From NCBI GenBank assembly GCA_947630425.1, contig CANRHN010000003.1, forward strand, positions 2,824 through 66,823: a stretch of DNA of 64,000 nt, given 5' to 3'. The position numbers were made by a program, and so were the translations under genes. The first letter of the stretch is position 1; the number at the start of each line of letters is the position of its first letter. Shown piece by piece: positions 37,540 through 45,642 of this stretch. The notes beneath the pieces are model-generated. The model made no database searches. It saw only the letters and a list, made by a program, of their open reading frames with translations, and had not been told where the DNA came from. Source of the stretch: an uncultured Clostridia bacterium. GTDB taxonomy: Bacteria; Bacillota; Clostridia; Christensenellales; CAG-314.

Positions 37540-37628
37540 GTATCCTTTTTTGGTGCAATTTCGACAGAAATTGCGCCTTTTTTACGTCCGTTGTGCGCTA
37601 CAATGGTGGGTGACAACGGAGGTTCATA

Positions 37629-38480
37629 ATGTACTGCAAACGCATACTCATTTTGCAACAGACCAACGCGCGCTTTGCCGAAAGGGGCAGGGAGCTGTGC
37701 GGCTTGGTCAAGCTGGTAAACAACGGCAAGCAATCAACGGACGTTACGGTGTTTGTCACCAATGCCGACGTGCGTATGTTGGGAGAGTGGTGGCTGCTGC
37801 TCTCTTTCGATCGCGTGCCGCAAGCGGTTCAGCTTGACACCCTCGACAACTGCACTTTTTCCTTGCCGTTGCAGCCGTTGGAAAAAGTCAGCTGTCTGTT
37901 GGTAAAAAGAGAGGACAGGTGCTTCGAGGCGGCGCGCGCATACCTCGGCGACAACGCTTGCGACGCTCTCTACCGTCAGATGGACGCGCTGTGTCGCACA
38001 CCCCTCGACGCGGCAAGCAGTCCTTACGAGCAGTTTGTGGCTTCCACCGAAAACTTTTACGGCAAAGTGGACGTGGAAAAGCTCAAACTCAAGGCGGACA
38101 GCCGATACAAAAGCGTCTCCGACTACAGCAACGCTTTTGAACGGTTCTATGCCGCGGGCGCGCACTCCGACTACTACGAAAGCGTCAAGGCGGAAATCGG
38201 CAAGGTGTTTGTGGAATTTCCGCCCTACTATCCGCTTATTCGCAAGTACCGAGAGGCGTTTTTTGTGCGCATAGATTTTCCCAAGTCGGACAAGTACTTT
38301 GTGTTGGGCGTTTTGCAAAAGGAAGGGCGTATTCGCTACATCTGCTACGGCTTGCCCGCCGAGCGCGACGGCGTTACCGACAAGGACTTTGTTTACGTAG
38401 AAAACGCTCCGACGGCGTTTTGGATGCTGTTTCAGGACGCCGATTCGGGGCAAATTTCCGCGATAAACGGGTTGGTTTAG
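37629..38480 (+). CDS. Hypothetical protein (283 aa)
   Basis: GGAGG RBS and coding-like composition. I recognise no motif. Confidence 0.6.
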   Translation: MYCKRILILQQTNARFAERGRELCGLVKLVNNGKQSTDVTVFVTNADVRMLGEWWLLLSFDRVPQAVQLDTLDNCTFSLPLQPLEKVSCLLVKREDRCFEAARAYLGDNACDALYRQMDALCRTPLDAASSPYEQFVASTENFYGKVDVEKLKLKADSRYKSVSDYSNAFERFYAAGAHSDYYESVKAEIGKVFVEFPPYYPLIRKYREAFFVRIDFPKSDKYFVLGVLQKEGRIRYICYGLPAERDGVTDKDFVYVENAPTAFWMLFQDADSGQISAINGLV

Positions 38481-38531
38481 AAATATTTGTATTTATTGCG
38501 CGTCGATCCAAACAGATTGGCGCAAAATTGT

Positions 38532-38560
38532 TGCAATTTTTATGTTTTTGTACTATAATC
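38532..38560 (+). promoter_or_regulatory. Putative promoter of the lipoprotein gene
   Basis: TTGCAA (38532-38537), 17 nt, TATAAT (38555-38560). Confidence 0.6.
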
Positions 38561-38593
38561 TATCTCGTATGTACTTACTTAAGGAGTAGTGTA

Positions 38594-40099
38594 ATGAAAA
38601 ACGCAACAGTGAAAAAATCACTTATACTTGTTGTCGCGCTTTTGCTTTGCGTAACGGTGATGTTTGCCGCCTGCACAGACGATGACTTTACGAAAGTTGA
38701 AAACCCGCAGACCGCAGCTCCCGAAGGCAACGGCGGCATTGCGGTGGCTTACGGCGATTGGCTGTACTATATCAACGGCTACACTGCCGACGTAACGGCG
38801 GACAACACCTACAGCGACGACGTGCTTACCTCACCGCGCGTGGGATCGGTTGTGCGCATCAAGCTTGCCGCTTTGGAAGGAATTTTTGAAATTCAGGACG
38901 ACAAAAACAAGACTTCTACGCAAAAGACGGAAGAAATTGCCGACTATGTTCGCAAAAACGCGCAAACGGTTGTGCCCAGATTTTACTACAGCGGCAACAC
39001 AACGACAACGCAATTTACGGGACTGTACATCTTTAATGACAGGCTGTACATCACCACGCCCAACGACGAACTGACCGCGGGCGGCGACAAGCAGACAAGT
39101 CAGCTTGTGCTTGCAAGCTACAAAATGGACGGCTCTGACGAAAAGCGTCACTATGTTTTTGAGGATAACACCGTTCAAATTTGCCTGACGGAAGCGGACG
39201 GCAATGTGGTAGCCACCTATCTTACGGGAAACAAGCTGTACAAGCTGGACGTAGCTGCGGGAAAGAGTACCGAAGTTACCGTCAACGGCGAAGATGAAGG
39301 TAAGGGCGTGGATAATGCCATCAACGGCACTCCCGTTTGGGACGTTGCGGGCAAATGCTTGTTCTTTATCGACAAGATGTACAACATCGGCAAGCTCAGC
39401 TTCGGCGCGGACAAGTACGACATAATCCTCAAAAACGAGGGCGAAGTAAAGGTTCACGAGCACGACGGCGTAAAGCAGGCAGAAGCGGGCAAAATCAGCT
39501 ACACGCTTACCGCCGCAAACCTCGGTCAGGTCTACTACACCAAGAGCGATTCCGACGCGCCCAGCTCCGTCAACGGTGCCAGGCTGTACTATGCCAAGGA
39601 CGCAACCGACAACAAATTGGTCGCTCTCAACACAACGATTTCTTCCGGTATCGTTTGGAAGGACGGCAGAGTGGTAACGTCAAGTACCGTAAAGAGCAGT
39701 AACCCCGACGACAACAGCACCTACTACAAGCTGGAGATAACCAAAAACGCCACGGGCGAAAAGGAAAGCATTTTGATTCCTGCGGCAAACGACAGCTCCA
39801 TAACGCTTAGCCGTATCGAGGGCGACACGTTGTACTACACAGCCAACAGCGTCAGCTACAGGCTTGATTTGAGCGCGACAAAACGTACCCCCGTTGCCTA
39901 TGCAAAGAGTCTCGGCGCAGCGGCAGGTTGGGCTGTTCCCGACTTTGTGGACGTCACAAGCGGCGAAAACACAATTCACTATGTGATCACGGCAACCTCG
40001 GGCGGCGACTTGACTGTGACGAAGTTCGACCCGAGCGACCCCAACAAAACGCAAAGCTCTCCCTCGCTTTTGCTTGCGTCCAAGCAAGACGAAAACTGA
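38594..40099 (+). CDS. Lipoprotein with DUF5050-like beta-propeller repeats
   Basis: AAGGAG RBS. Signal peptide with lipobox (VTVMFAAC). Recurrent LYY/LYI blades (GDWLYYINGY, DRLYITTPND, GNKLYKLD, GQVYYTKSD, GARLYYAKD, GDTLYYTANS). The ORF-track start at 38420 is unlikely. Confidence 0.7.
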   Translation: MKNATVKKSLILVVALLLCVTVMFAACTDDDFTKVENPQTAAPEGNGGIAVAYGDWLYYINGYTADVTADNTYSDDVLTSPRVGSVVRIKLAALEGIFEIQDDKNKTSTQKTEEIADYVRKNAQTVVPRFYYSGNTTTTQFTGLYIFNDRLYITTPNDELTAGGDKQTSQLVLASYKMDGSDEKRHYVFEDNTVQICLTEADGNVVATYLTGNKLYKLDVAAGKSTEVTVNGEDEGKGVDNAINGTPVWDVAGKCLFFIDKMYNIGKLSFGADKYDIILKNEGEVKVHEHDGVKQAEAGKISYTLTAANLGQVYYTKSDSDAPSSVNGARLYYAKDATDNKLVALNTTISSGIVWKDGRVVTSSTVKSSNPDDNSTYYKLEITKNATGEKESILIPAANDSSITLSRIEGDTLYYTANSVSYRLDLSATKRTPVAYAKSLGAAAGWAVPDFVDVTSGENTIHYVITATSGGDLTVTKFDPSDPNKTQSSPSLLLASKQDEN

Positions 40100-40174
40100 G
40101 CCGACCCCTGTGCGGCGGTTGATTGCTTGCTACTGCGTAACGCATGCGCAATCAACGGTTAGATTTACAACATT

Positions 40175-40213
40175 TAAGATACCGACTTCTCCGTCTGAAG
40201 TCGGTATCTTTTT
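40175..40213 (+). terminator. Rho-independent terminator
   Basis: AAGATACCGACTTC-TCCGTCT-GAAGTCGGTATCTT followed by TTTTG. Confidence 0.88.
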
Positions 40214-40242
40214 GTGTTAAGGGTCTTTTTTGCGCGCAGTTG

Positions 40243-40271
40243 TTGCAATTTGGCGGCGTGTGCGCTACAAT
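40243..40271 (+). promoter_or_regulatory. Putative promoter of the riboswitch-DUF4430 unit
   Basis: TTGCAA (40243-40248), 17 nt, TACAAT (40266-40271). Confidence 0.6.
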
Positions 40272-40279
40272 ATACTCAA

Positions 40280-40512
40280 GATCGTTATGGCGCGGGTTGC
40301 GCATGCTGAGCGCATTTGCGGGGAAACAACGTGCAAATCGTTGACAGTCCCGCTGAGGTAAAGTGTTGCCTGTTGCCAAGGCAGCAAACAAGTCCTAACG
40401 CCCGACCGCGCCGAAAAGCACTTCTTCGACGAAAGACAGCGCTTTTGTGTGTTCGACGTTTTTCCAAGTGAACGTCGTCATTCTTGTGCTGTCCGAAAGA
40501 CGGCATTTTTTT
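40280..40512 (+). promoter_or_regulatory. Probable cobalamin riboswitch with terminator
   Basis: GGGAAACAACGTGCAAATCGTTGACAGTCCCGCTGAGGTAA (40321-40361) resembles the GGGAA..GGTG.AAATCC...C.G.CCCGC..CTG core. There is a weaker B12-box-like AAGTCCTAACGCCCGACC. Terminator TGCTGTC-CGAAA-GACGGCA plus T7 at 40487-40512. The downstream genes fit B12 uptake. Confidence 0.55.
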
Positions 40513-40561
40513 GTTTTGCGAGGCGTGCTTGCGGTCTACTACAAAAAAAGGAGACAAAACA

Positions 40562-41059
40562 ATGAAAAGAACAAAACTGTTGACGTGGATTTTGACAGTG
40601 GCGATTATCGTTGCGGCAAGCATGGCGTTGGTCGCCTGCGTAGACAAGCCGCAAGTCAAGCAATTGACGGAACTTACTTTGCCGCAGCTTGACGACGATC
40701 AAATGGCTGTCATCATCAAAAACGGCGAAAAGGACTACACAAGCTACACGGTAACGCTCACCGACCAACTCAAAACGGGCGAGGACGTGTTGAACTATCT
40801 GGCGGAGAAAGCCGACCTGCATGTCGATTGGAAAGAGAGCGCGTACGGCAAGTACATCAACGAGATAGGCGGTGCAAAATTGCATGAAACAAACGAATAC
40901 GTTGCTGTCTTTACCAGCGTGGCAGGAGACAAAAGCACGGAAGCGGGCGCTTTGTCCTATCAAATAGGCGACATTACCGTAGTGTATGCGGGCAAGGGCA
41001 TTTCGGAGCTGTCCGTAGAAGCGGGCGCGGTGATCTACTTTGAGATAGTTACCTACTGA
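40562..41059 (+). CDS. DUF4430 (transcobalamin-like) lipoprotein
   Basis: AGGAG RBS and lipobox MALVAC. YGKYINEIGG ... YVAVFTS ... EAGAVIYFEIVTY follows the DUF4430 pattern. Confidence 0.75.
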   Translation: MKRTKLLTWILTVAIIVAASMALVACVDKPQVKQLTELTLPQLDDDQMAVIIKNGEKDYTSYTVTLTDQLKTGEDVLNYLAEKADLHVDWKESAYGKYINEIGGAKLHETNEYVAVFTSVAGDKSTEAGALSYQIGDITVVYAGKGISELSVEAGAVIYFEIVTY

Positions 41060-41060
41060 C

Positions 41061-41771
41061 GTGAAAAAGAACTCATCAAAAACAAAATATAACGCCGCGC
41101 TCATTGCCGTTTCCGCAATGTATGCGGCGTTGATAGTGGGCGGCAAGGAAGCGCTTGCGGTGTTGCCCAACGTAGAGGTGGTAACGCTGCTTGTCGCCAC
41201 CTGCGCCTACGTGTGGGGAGCGGCGGCGGTGTTTCCTGCCGTAAACGTGTTTGTGGCGGTGGATATGGCAATATGGGGTGTGAATACTTGGATCATATCC
41301 TACTTTGTCCATTGGAATTTTGTTGCATTGTGCTTTTGGCTGCTGAGCAAAATTCGCTACAGGCACAAAGCCGTCGAGGTGACCGTCGTAACGGCGGCGG
41401 CAGTGGCGTTGACGGTGCTTTTCGGCGTGCTGACCTCGTTTGTCGACGTGCTTGTGGGCTACACGGGCAAGGGCTTTTTTGCCGACTTCGACAACGTTTT
41501 TGCGCGCTTCGCCGTGATGTACGTCAACGGGGTCTACTTTTATGTCACGCAGACGGTGTGCAATCTTGTGTTGTTTTCAACGGCTTTTTTGCCCCTTGTC
41601 AGGCTCAACGTCAAGGCAAAGCTGCGCTTGCTCGGAGAGGAGACGGCAACGCCGAGCTCCGACGGGGAAGCCATCGAGAAAAACGCGCGGGCAGACGGTT
41701 CTGCGCAGGAAAACCCCGCCGCAAAATCCGTTGCCGATACCTCTTCGGGCGACGATACCGACCTCAAATAG
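41061..41771 (+). CDS. ECF-transporter S-component-like membrane protein (possible cobalamin-specific, CbrT-like)
   Basis: 236 aa, about six TM helices. GTG start 1 nt after the upstream stop. Context (B12 riboswitch plus DUF4430) suggests the substrate. The acidic, low-complexity C-terminal tail is unusual. Confidence 0.55.
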   Translation: MKKNSSKTKYNAALIAVSAMYAALIVGGKEALAVLPNVEVVTLLVATCAYVWGAAAVFPAVNVFVAVDMAIWGVNTWIISYFVHWNFVALCFWLLSKIRYRHKAVEVTVVTAAAVALTVLFGVLTSFVDVLVGYTGKGFFADFDNVFARFAVMYVNGVYFYVTQTVCNLVLFSTAFLPLVRLNVKAKLRLLGEETATPSSDGEAIEKNARADGSAQENPAAKSVADTSSGDDTDLK

Positions 41772-41863
41772 ATTGACAAACAGCCACGAATAAACTATAC
41801 TAAAAAATGAAGGTAAAAACGTAATTCGTACCACTTGACGACAAGATTTGATTGGCTTTGGTA

Positions 41864-41919
41864 GTCGAAACTCATCCACCGCGTCGCGGTCCCCCTTCCC
41901 TTGCATCCTCAAGGGAAGG
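41864..41919 (-). repeat. Core module, short variant (HP2 CCTTCCCTTG/CAAGGGAAGG)
   Basis: GTCGAAACTCATCCACCGCGTCGCGGTCCCCCTTCCCTTGCATCCTCAAGGGAAGG, followed by CTAAGTGCGGCGAA. Confidence 0.9.
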
Positions 41920-42056
41920 CTAAGTGCGGCGAATGGTACTTGTCTCTTACATCGTTAAGGGTGGCATCAAAAGCCACAATGTGTTCTATGGAACAAGTGT
42001 CGATGGTTTGAGATAAGTTCGTTCGTAAGGAGCAAGTCGGCAACTGTTCAATCAAG

Positions 42057-42113
42057 CCTTCTCTTGAGGACGCAAGAGAAGGTGTCACCGTCAGGTGACG
42101 AATGAGTTTCGAC
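42057..42113 (+). repeat. Core module, short form with replaced HP1 (GTCACC-GTCA-GGTGAC)
   Basis: CCTTCTCTTGAGGACGCAAGAGAAGGTGTCACCGTCAGGTGACGAATGAGTTTCGAC. Ends 26 nt before the DUF559 ATG. Confidence 0.88.
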
Positions 42114-42139
42114 CTACAAAACCAACAAAATTCAGCACC

Positions 42140-42505
42140 ATGATTGTTCGTCATAGCAACAGGCTCACAAAAATTTCTCAAACATTGCGAAGGAACATGA
42201 CCAAAGAAGAAAAACATCTTTGGTACGATTACTTCAAGTTGTTGAACATCACAGTACACAGACAATATGTGATAGAAGATTTTGTGGCGGATTTTTACAT
42301 TCCGTGTGCCAATATTGTGGTGGAGTTGGACGGTAGCCAACACTACGAACCGAGTATGGTCTTGCAAGACGCCATTCGTACAGAACGTATGGAACGGTAT
42401 GGATTGACGGTTGTGCGCTTTCCAAACAATGCGATAAATTATAATTTTCGCAATGTGTGCGAATATTTGAACACATTGATAGCAAAGAGCAATCGGCTAC
42501 AATAG
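42140..42505 (+). CDS. DUF559 (Vsr-like) endonuclease-domain protein
   Basis: 121 aa. LRRNMTKEEKHLW...FVADFYIPCANIVVELDGSQH...DAIRTERMERYGLTVVRFPNN fits the DUF559 pattern. The ORF-track GTG at 42095 lies inside the repeat module, so ATG at 42140 is preferred. No obvious SD. Lower G+C than neighbours by eye. Confidence 0.8.
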   Translation: MIVRHSNRLTKISQTLRRNMTKEEKHLWYDYFKLLNITVHRQYVIEDFVADFYIPCANIVVELDGSQHYEPSMVLQDAIRTERMERYGLTVVRFPNNAINYNFRNVCEYLNTLIAKSNRLQ

Positions 42506-42560
42506 TCGAAACTCATCCACCGCGTCGCGGTCCCCCTTCCCTTGCGTCGTCAAGGGAAGG
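42505..42560 (-). repeat. Core module, short variant; first base is the last base of the DUF559 stop codon
   Basis: TA-GTCGAAACTCATCCACCGCGTCGCGGTCCCCCTTCCCTTGCGTCGTCAAGGGAAGG, then CTAAGTGCGGCGAA. Confidence 0.9.
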
Positions 42561-42650
42561 CTAAGTGCGGCGAACGATTTTCTTTCCTTCGTCGTAGCTT
42601 TTACAGTGTAGCACCGAACTGTAGTTACACGCTTGGAACTGCTACCATTC

Positions 42651-42739
42651 AGCTGTTCCTCTCCCCAACAAGTTTCGTTATACTCAACTCGTTGGGGTCC
42701 CCTTTGCGGTCCCCCTTCCCTTGCGTCGTCAAGGGAAGG
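42651..42739 (-). repeat. Truncated long-form module with variant HP2
   Basis: AGCTGTTCCTCTCCCCAACAAGTTTCGTTATACTCAACTCGTTGGGGTCCCCTTTGCGGTCCCCCTTCCCTTGCGTCGTCAAGGGAAGG, then CTAAGTGCGGCGAA. Confidence 0.88.
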
Positions 42740-42813
42740 CTAAGTGCGGCGAACGGCAGTAAACCTCGCTTGCAATTTTCAACATCACGCAAATACTCAT
42801 TTGGGAGAAAAAT

Positions 42814-44250
42814 ATGTCAGACAAACAGTTTGTAAAAGAAATTGCCGATATAAACACGGATTTTACGCAGTGGTACACCGACGTGGTACTCAAAACGCAG
42901 CTTGTGGACTACGGTCCCGTCAAGGGCACAATGGTAATTCGTCCCTACGGCTACGCCATTTGGGAGAACATTCAGCGCGAGTTGGACGCTCGTTTCAAGG
43001 CGACGGGACACCAAAACGCCTACTTCCCCATGCTCATTCCCATGAGCTTGCTCAACAAGGAAGCGGAACACGTCGAGGGCTTTGCGCCCGAGGTGGCGGT
43101 TGTAAACGTTGCCGGCGGCGAACAGCTTGCCGAACCCGTTGTTATTCGCCCCACCAGCGAAACCATCATTTGCAGCATGTACTCCAAGTGGATCAACAGT
43201 TACCGCGATTTGCCCCTCAAGCTCAATCAATGGGCAAACGTGGTGCGTTGGGAAAAGACCACCCGTCCGTTTTTGCGCACGTCGGAGTTTTTGTGGCAGG
43301 AAGGTCACACGATCCACGCCACGCGCGAGGAATCATTGAAGGAAACCATCGACATGCTGCACCTTTACCAAGATTTTGCGCGTGAAGTGCTTGCCATGCC
43401 CACGTTTATCGGACAAAAGAGCGAAAAGGAAAAGTTTGCCGGAGCCGAGGCGACCTTTGGTATGGAAGCCATGATGCTGGACGGCAAGAGCTTGCAAGCG
43501 GGCACAACTCACCATTTCGGGCAAAAGTTCAGCCGCGCCTACGACATACAATTCCTCGACAAGGACGGCACGCACAAGTACGTGTGGCAATCAAGCTGGG
43601 GCGTAAGCACGCGTCTCATCGGCGGACTTATCATGGCGCACGGCGACCAACGCGGACTTGTTTTGCCGCCGAAGGTCGCGCCCGTTCAGGTTGTCGTCAT
43701 TCCCGTTGCCGCGCACAAGGAAGGCGTGCTTGACAAGGCGGCGGAAGTTGCCGAGCAACTCAAAGCAAAGGGCTTGCGCGTGGAATTGGACGTTCGCGAT
43801 CAGTCCCCGGGGTGGAAGTTCAACGAATGGGAAATGAAAGGCGTGCCTCTCCGCGTGGAGATTGGTCCGCGCGACATAGAAAACGGCGTTGCCACCTGCT
43901 CTCGCCGCGACACCTTGGAAAAGTTTACCTTGCCGCTTGACGGAATTGCCGACAGCGCGGTCGCGCTCCTCGACGAGATACAAACCCACATGTACAACAA
44001 ATCGCTTGCTTTCCGCGACAGTCACGTCAAGCTTGCGCACAACATGGACGAGCTGGGCGACATACTCGACTCCAAGTGCTTTGCAAAGGTGGTGTGGGAC
44101 AAAGACCCCGCTTGCGAAGCGGCTTTCAAGGAGCGTTTTCAGGCGACAGTGCGCGTGATGTTGGATGAACCGCCCTTCCAAAATGTTTGCACCTGCTGCG
44201 GAAAAAGCGGCAATGATTTGACCGTTGCGATAGTGGCAAGAGCGTATTAG
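42814..44250 (+). CDS. proS: Proline--tRNA ligase (archaeal/eukaryote-like short form)
   Basis: 478 aa. FTQWYTDVVLKTQLVDYGPVKGTMVIRPYGYAIWE, class II motifs and the C-terminal zinc-binding-domain-like tail are typical of type II ProRS. Confidence 0.93.
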   Translation: MSDKQFVKEIADINTDFTQWYTDVVLKTQLVDYGPVKGTMVIRPYGYAIWENIQRELDARFKATGHQNAYFPMLIPMSLLNKEAEHVEGFAPEVAVVNVAGGEQLAEPVVIRPTSETIICSMYSKWINSYRDLPLKLNQWANVVRWEKTTRPFLRTSEFLWQEGHTIHATREESLKETIDMLHLYQDFAREVLAMPTFIGQKSEKEKFAGAEATFGMEAMMLDGKSLQAGTTHHFGQKFSRAYDIQFLDKDGTHKYVWQSSWGVSTRLIGGLIMAHGDQRGLVLPPKVAPVQVVVIPVAAHKEGVLDKAAEVAEQLKAKGLRVELDVRDQSPGWKFNEWEMKGVPLRVEIGPRDIENGVATCSRRDTLEKFTLPLDGIADSAVALLDEIQTHMYNKSLAFRDSHVKLAHNMDELGDILDSKCFAKVVWDKDPACEAAFKERFQATVRVMLDEPPFQNVCTCCGKSGNDLTVAIVARAY

Positions 44251-44288
44251 TGTCGCCCAGACGCGCGGCGTTCGGTAAAATTTGCAAC

Positions 44289-44321
44289 AAAAAAACTCGG
44301 TCTGTTGAACCGAGTTTTTTT
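44289..44321. terminator. Bidirectional terminator between proS and the FMN-binding paralog
   Basis: AAAAAAACTCGGT-CTGTTGA-ACCGAGTTTTTTT. Confidence 0.85.
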
Positions 44322-44343
44322 GTGCATTGATGTTTGTGGTCAA

Positions 44344-44754
44344 TTACTTGATTTTGCTCAAAGCGTTTTGAACAGCAGCAATGATACGAGCGGAAGATTG
44401 TGTAGCGCCTGTAATGTGAGGTACGCCGTCACCAACAGTTTGGGTGGTTTCATTTACCGTTACCGTCCAACCTTTGACAGTGTCAACTTTTTGTCCTACA
44501 AGTTTTTCACTGATCCAATTTTTATAAGCTGCTTCCGCTTTTGTGAAACCAAGGTCGCCGTCGTGTTCTCCCTCTTTCCAACCGGTAGAAGTACGAACCC
44601 AGCCCGTATCCTCATCGGTGTACAACTTAACAGCCTTGATAACGCCGTTCTTTACGGTTACGTCAACCTTTGTTCCATAGTGAGTAGTCCATGCTGTATA
44701 ATCGACAGAACCGGTAACCGTTTGTTCTTTGCCGCAAGCAGCGAGAACGCACAC
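44344..44754 (-). CDS. FMN-binding-domain lipoprotein paralog with lost canonical start (possible pseudogene)
   Basis: C-terminal ITGATQSSARIIAAVQNALSKI is an FMN_bind signature. The signal-peptide codons continue upstream to 44799 but are preceded by an in-frame TAA where the paralog has ATGAAAAAA. The only in-frame start is GTG at 44754 (MCVLAACGK). Confidence 0.6.
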   Translation of the reverse strand: MCVLAACGKEQTVTGSVDYTAWTTHYGTKVDVTVKNGVIKAVKLYTDEDTGWVRTSTGWKEGEHDGDLGFTKAEAAYKNWISEKLVGQKVDTVKGWTVTVNETTQTVGDGVPHITGATQSSARIIAAVQNALSKIK

Positions 44755-45072
44755 AGCGGAAACTACGAGTACTACTGCGAGTGCAATAACAAGTACTTAT
44801 TGTAGGCAAATTGTGCGACAAAGCGCGTTTATTATTGATATTTCTGCAAAATGTGATAGTTGTATAAATAAAATTTATATTATGCAAAAAAAATTCAATT
44901 GAAAAACGACTTGAATTTGTTTGGCTTATCGGGCGTTATGTGTTATAATTACGCTGACAAATGTGTGGAAAGTTCAAAAAAACGAACAAAAAAGCCACTT
45001 AAAAACAGATTTCAAAGCATTTTTGCTGTGAAATAAACAAAAAAATAAATTTTTTGAAGGAGAAACAAAAAC

Positions 45073-45591
45073 ATGAAAAAAGTACTTGTTATTGCACTCG
45101 CAGTAATCATGGTAGTAGCGGCTGTTTCTGTTCTTGCTGCTTGCGGCAAAGAGCAAACGGTTGAGGGTGAATATACCTACAAATACAGTGACACTCTTTC
45201 TTATGGTGTCAAAGTAAAAGTTACCGTGAAGGGCGATGTCATCAAAAAGGTGGAAGTCACTTCCACAGACACAGCTACATACACCAATCTTTCTCCAAAT
45301 TGGACGACAGACTACACAGTTGGCGGAGAGAACACAGAAGGCAGACAAGCCTGGATTGACAAGCACGAAGACTTCATTGCAAGCTTTGCCGGAATGTCGG
45401 TTTCAGATATCAACAAAATCAAAGTTGCTACAGACACCGAAACCAACCCTGACGCTCACACCGTTCAAGGACAACCCAAAGCCGGCGGTATTACAGTTGT
45501 TCCCGACGGACTCCAAGTTGTTGCGAAAGCTACGCAATCCAGCGGACGTTTGATCCTTGCTGTTCAAAACGCTCTTAGCAAACTCAAATAA
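45073..45591 (+). CDS. FMN-binding-domain lipoprotein (motif AKAT in place of S/T-GAT)
   Basis: 172 aa. MKKVLVIALAVIMVVAAVSVLAAC lipoprotein signal. C-terminal VVAKATQSSGRLILAVQNALSKLK. AAGGAG RBS. Confidence 0.8.
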   Translation: MKKVLVIALAVIMVVAAVSVLAACGKEQTVEGEYTYKYSDTLSYGVKVKVTVKGDVIKKVEVTSTDTATYTNLSPNWTTDYTVGGENTEGRQAWIDKHEDFIASFAGMSVSDINKIKVATDTETNPDAHTVQGQPKAGGITVVPDGLQVVAKATQSSGRLILAVQNALSKLK

Positions 45592-45610
45592 TTGAGAACA
45601 TCAATGCACA

Positions 45611-45642
45611 AAAAAACTCGGTTCCACAAACCGAGTTTTTTT
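45611..45642 (+). terminator. Rho-independent terminator (duplicate of the 44289-44321 hairpin)
   Basis: AAAAAAACTCGGTT-CCACAA-ACCGAGTTTTTTT. Confidence 0.85.

Noticed and set aside
42561-42813. T-box leader upstream of proS
   Set aside because: No T-box sequence (AATTAGGGTGGTACCGCG-like) or specifier-loop architecture is present. The region consists of repeat modules.
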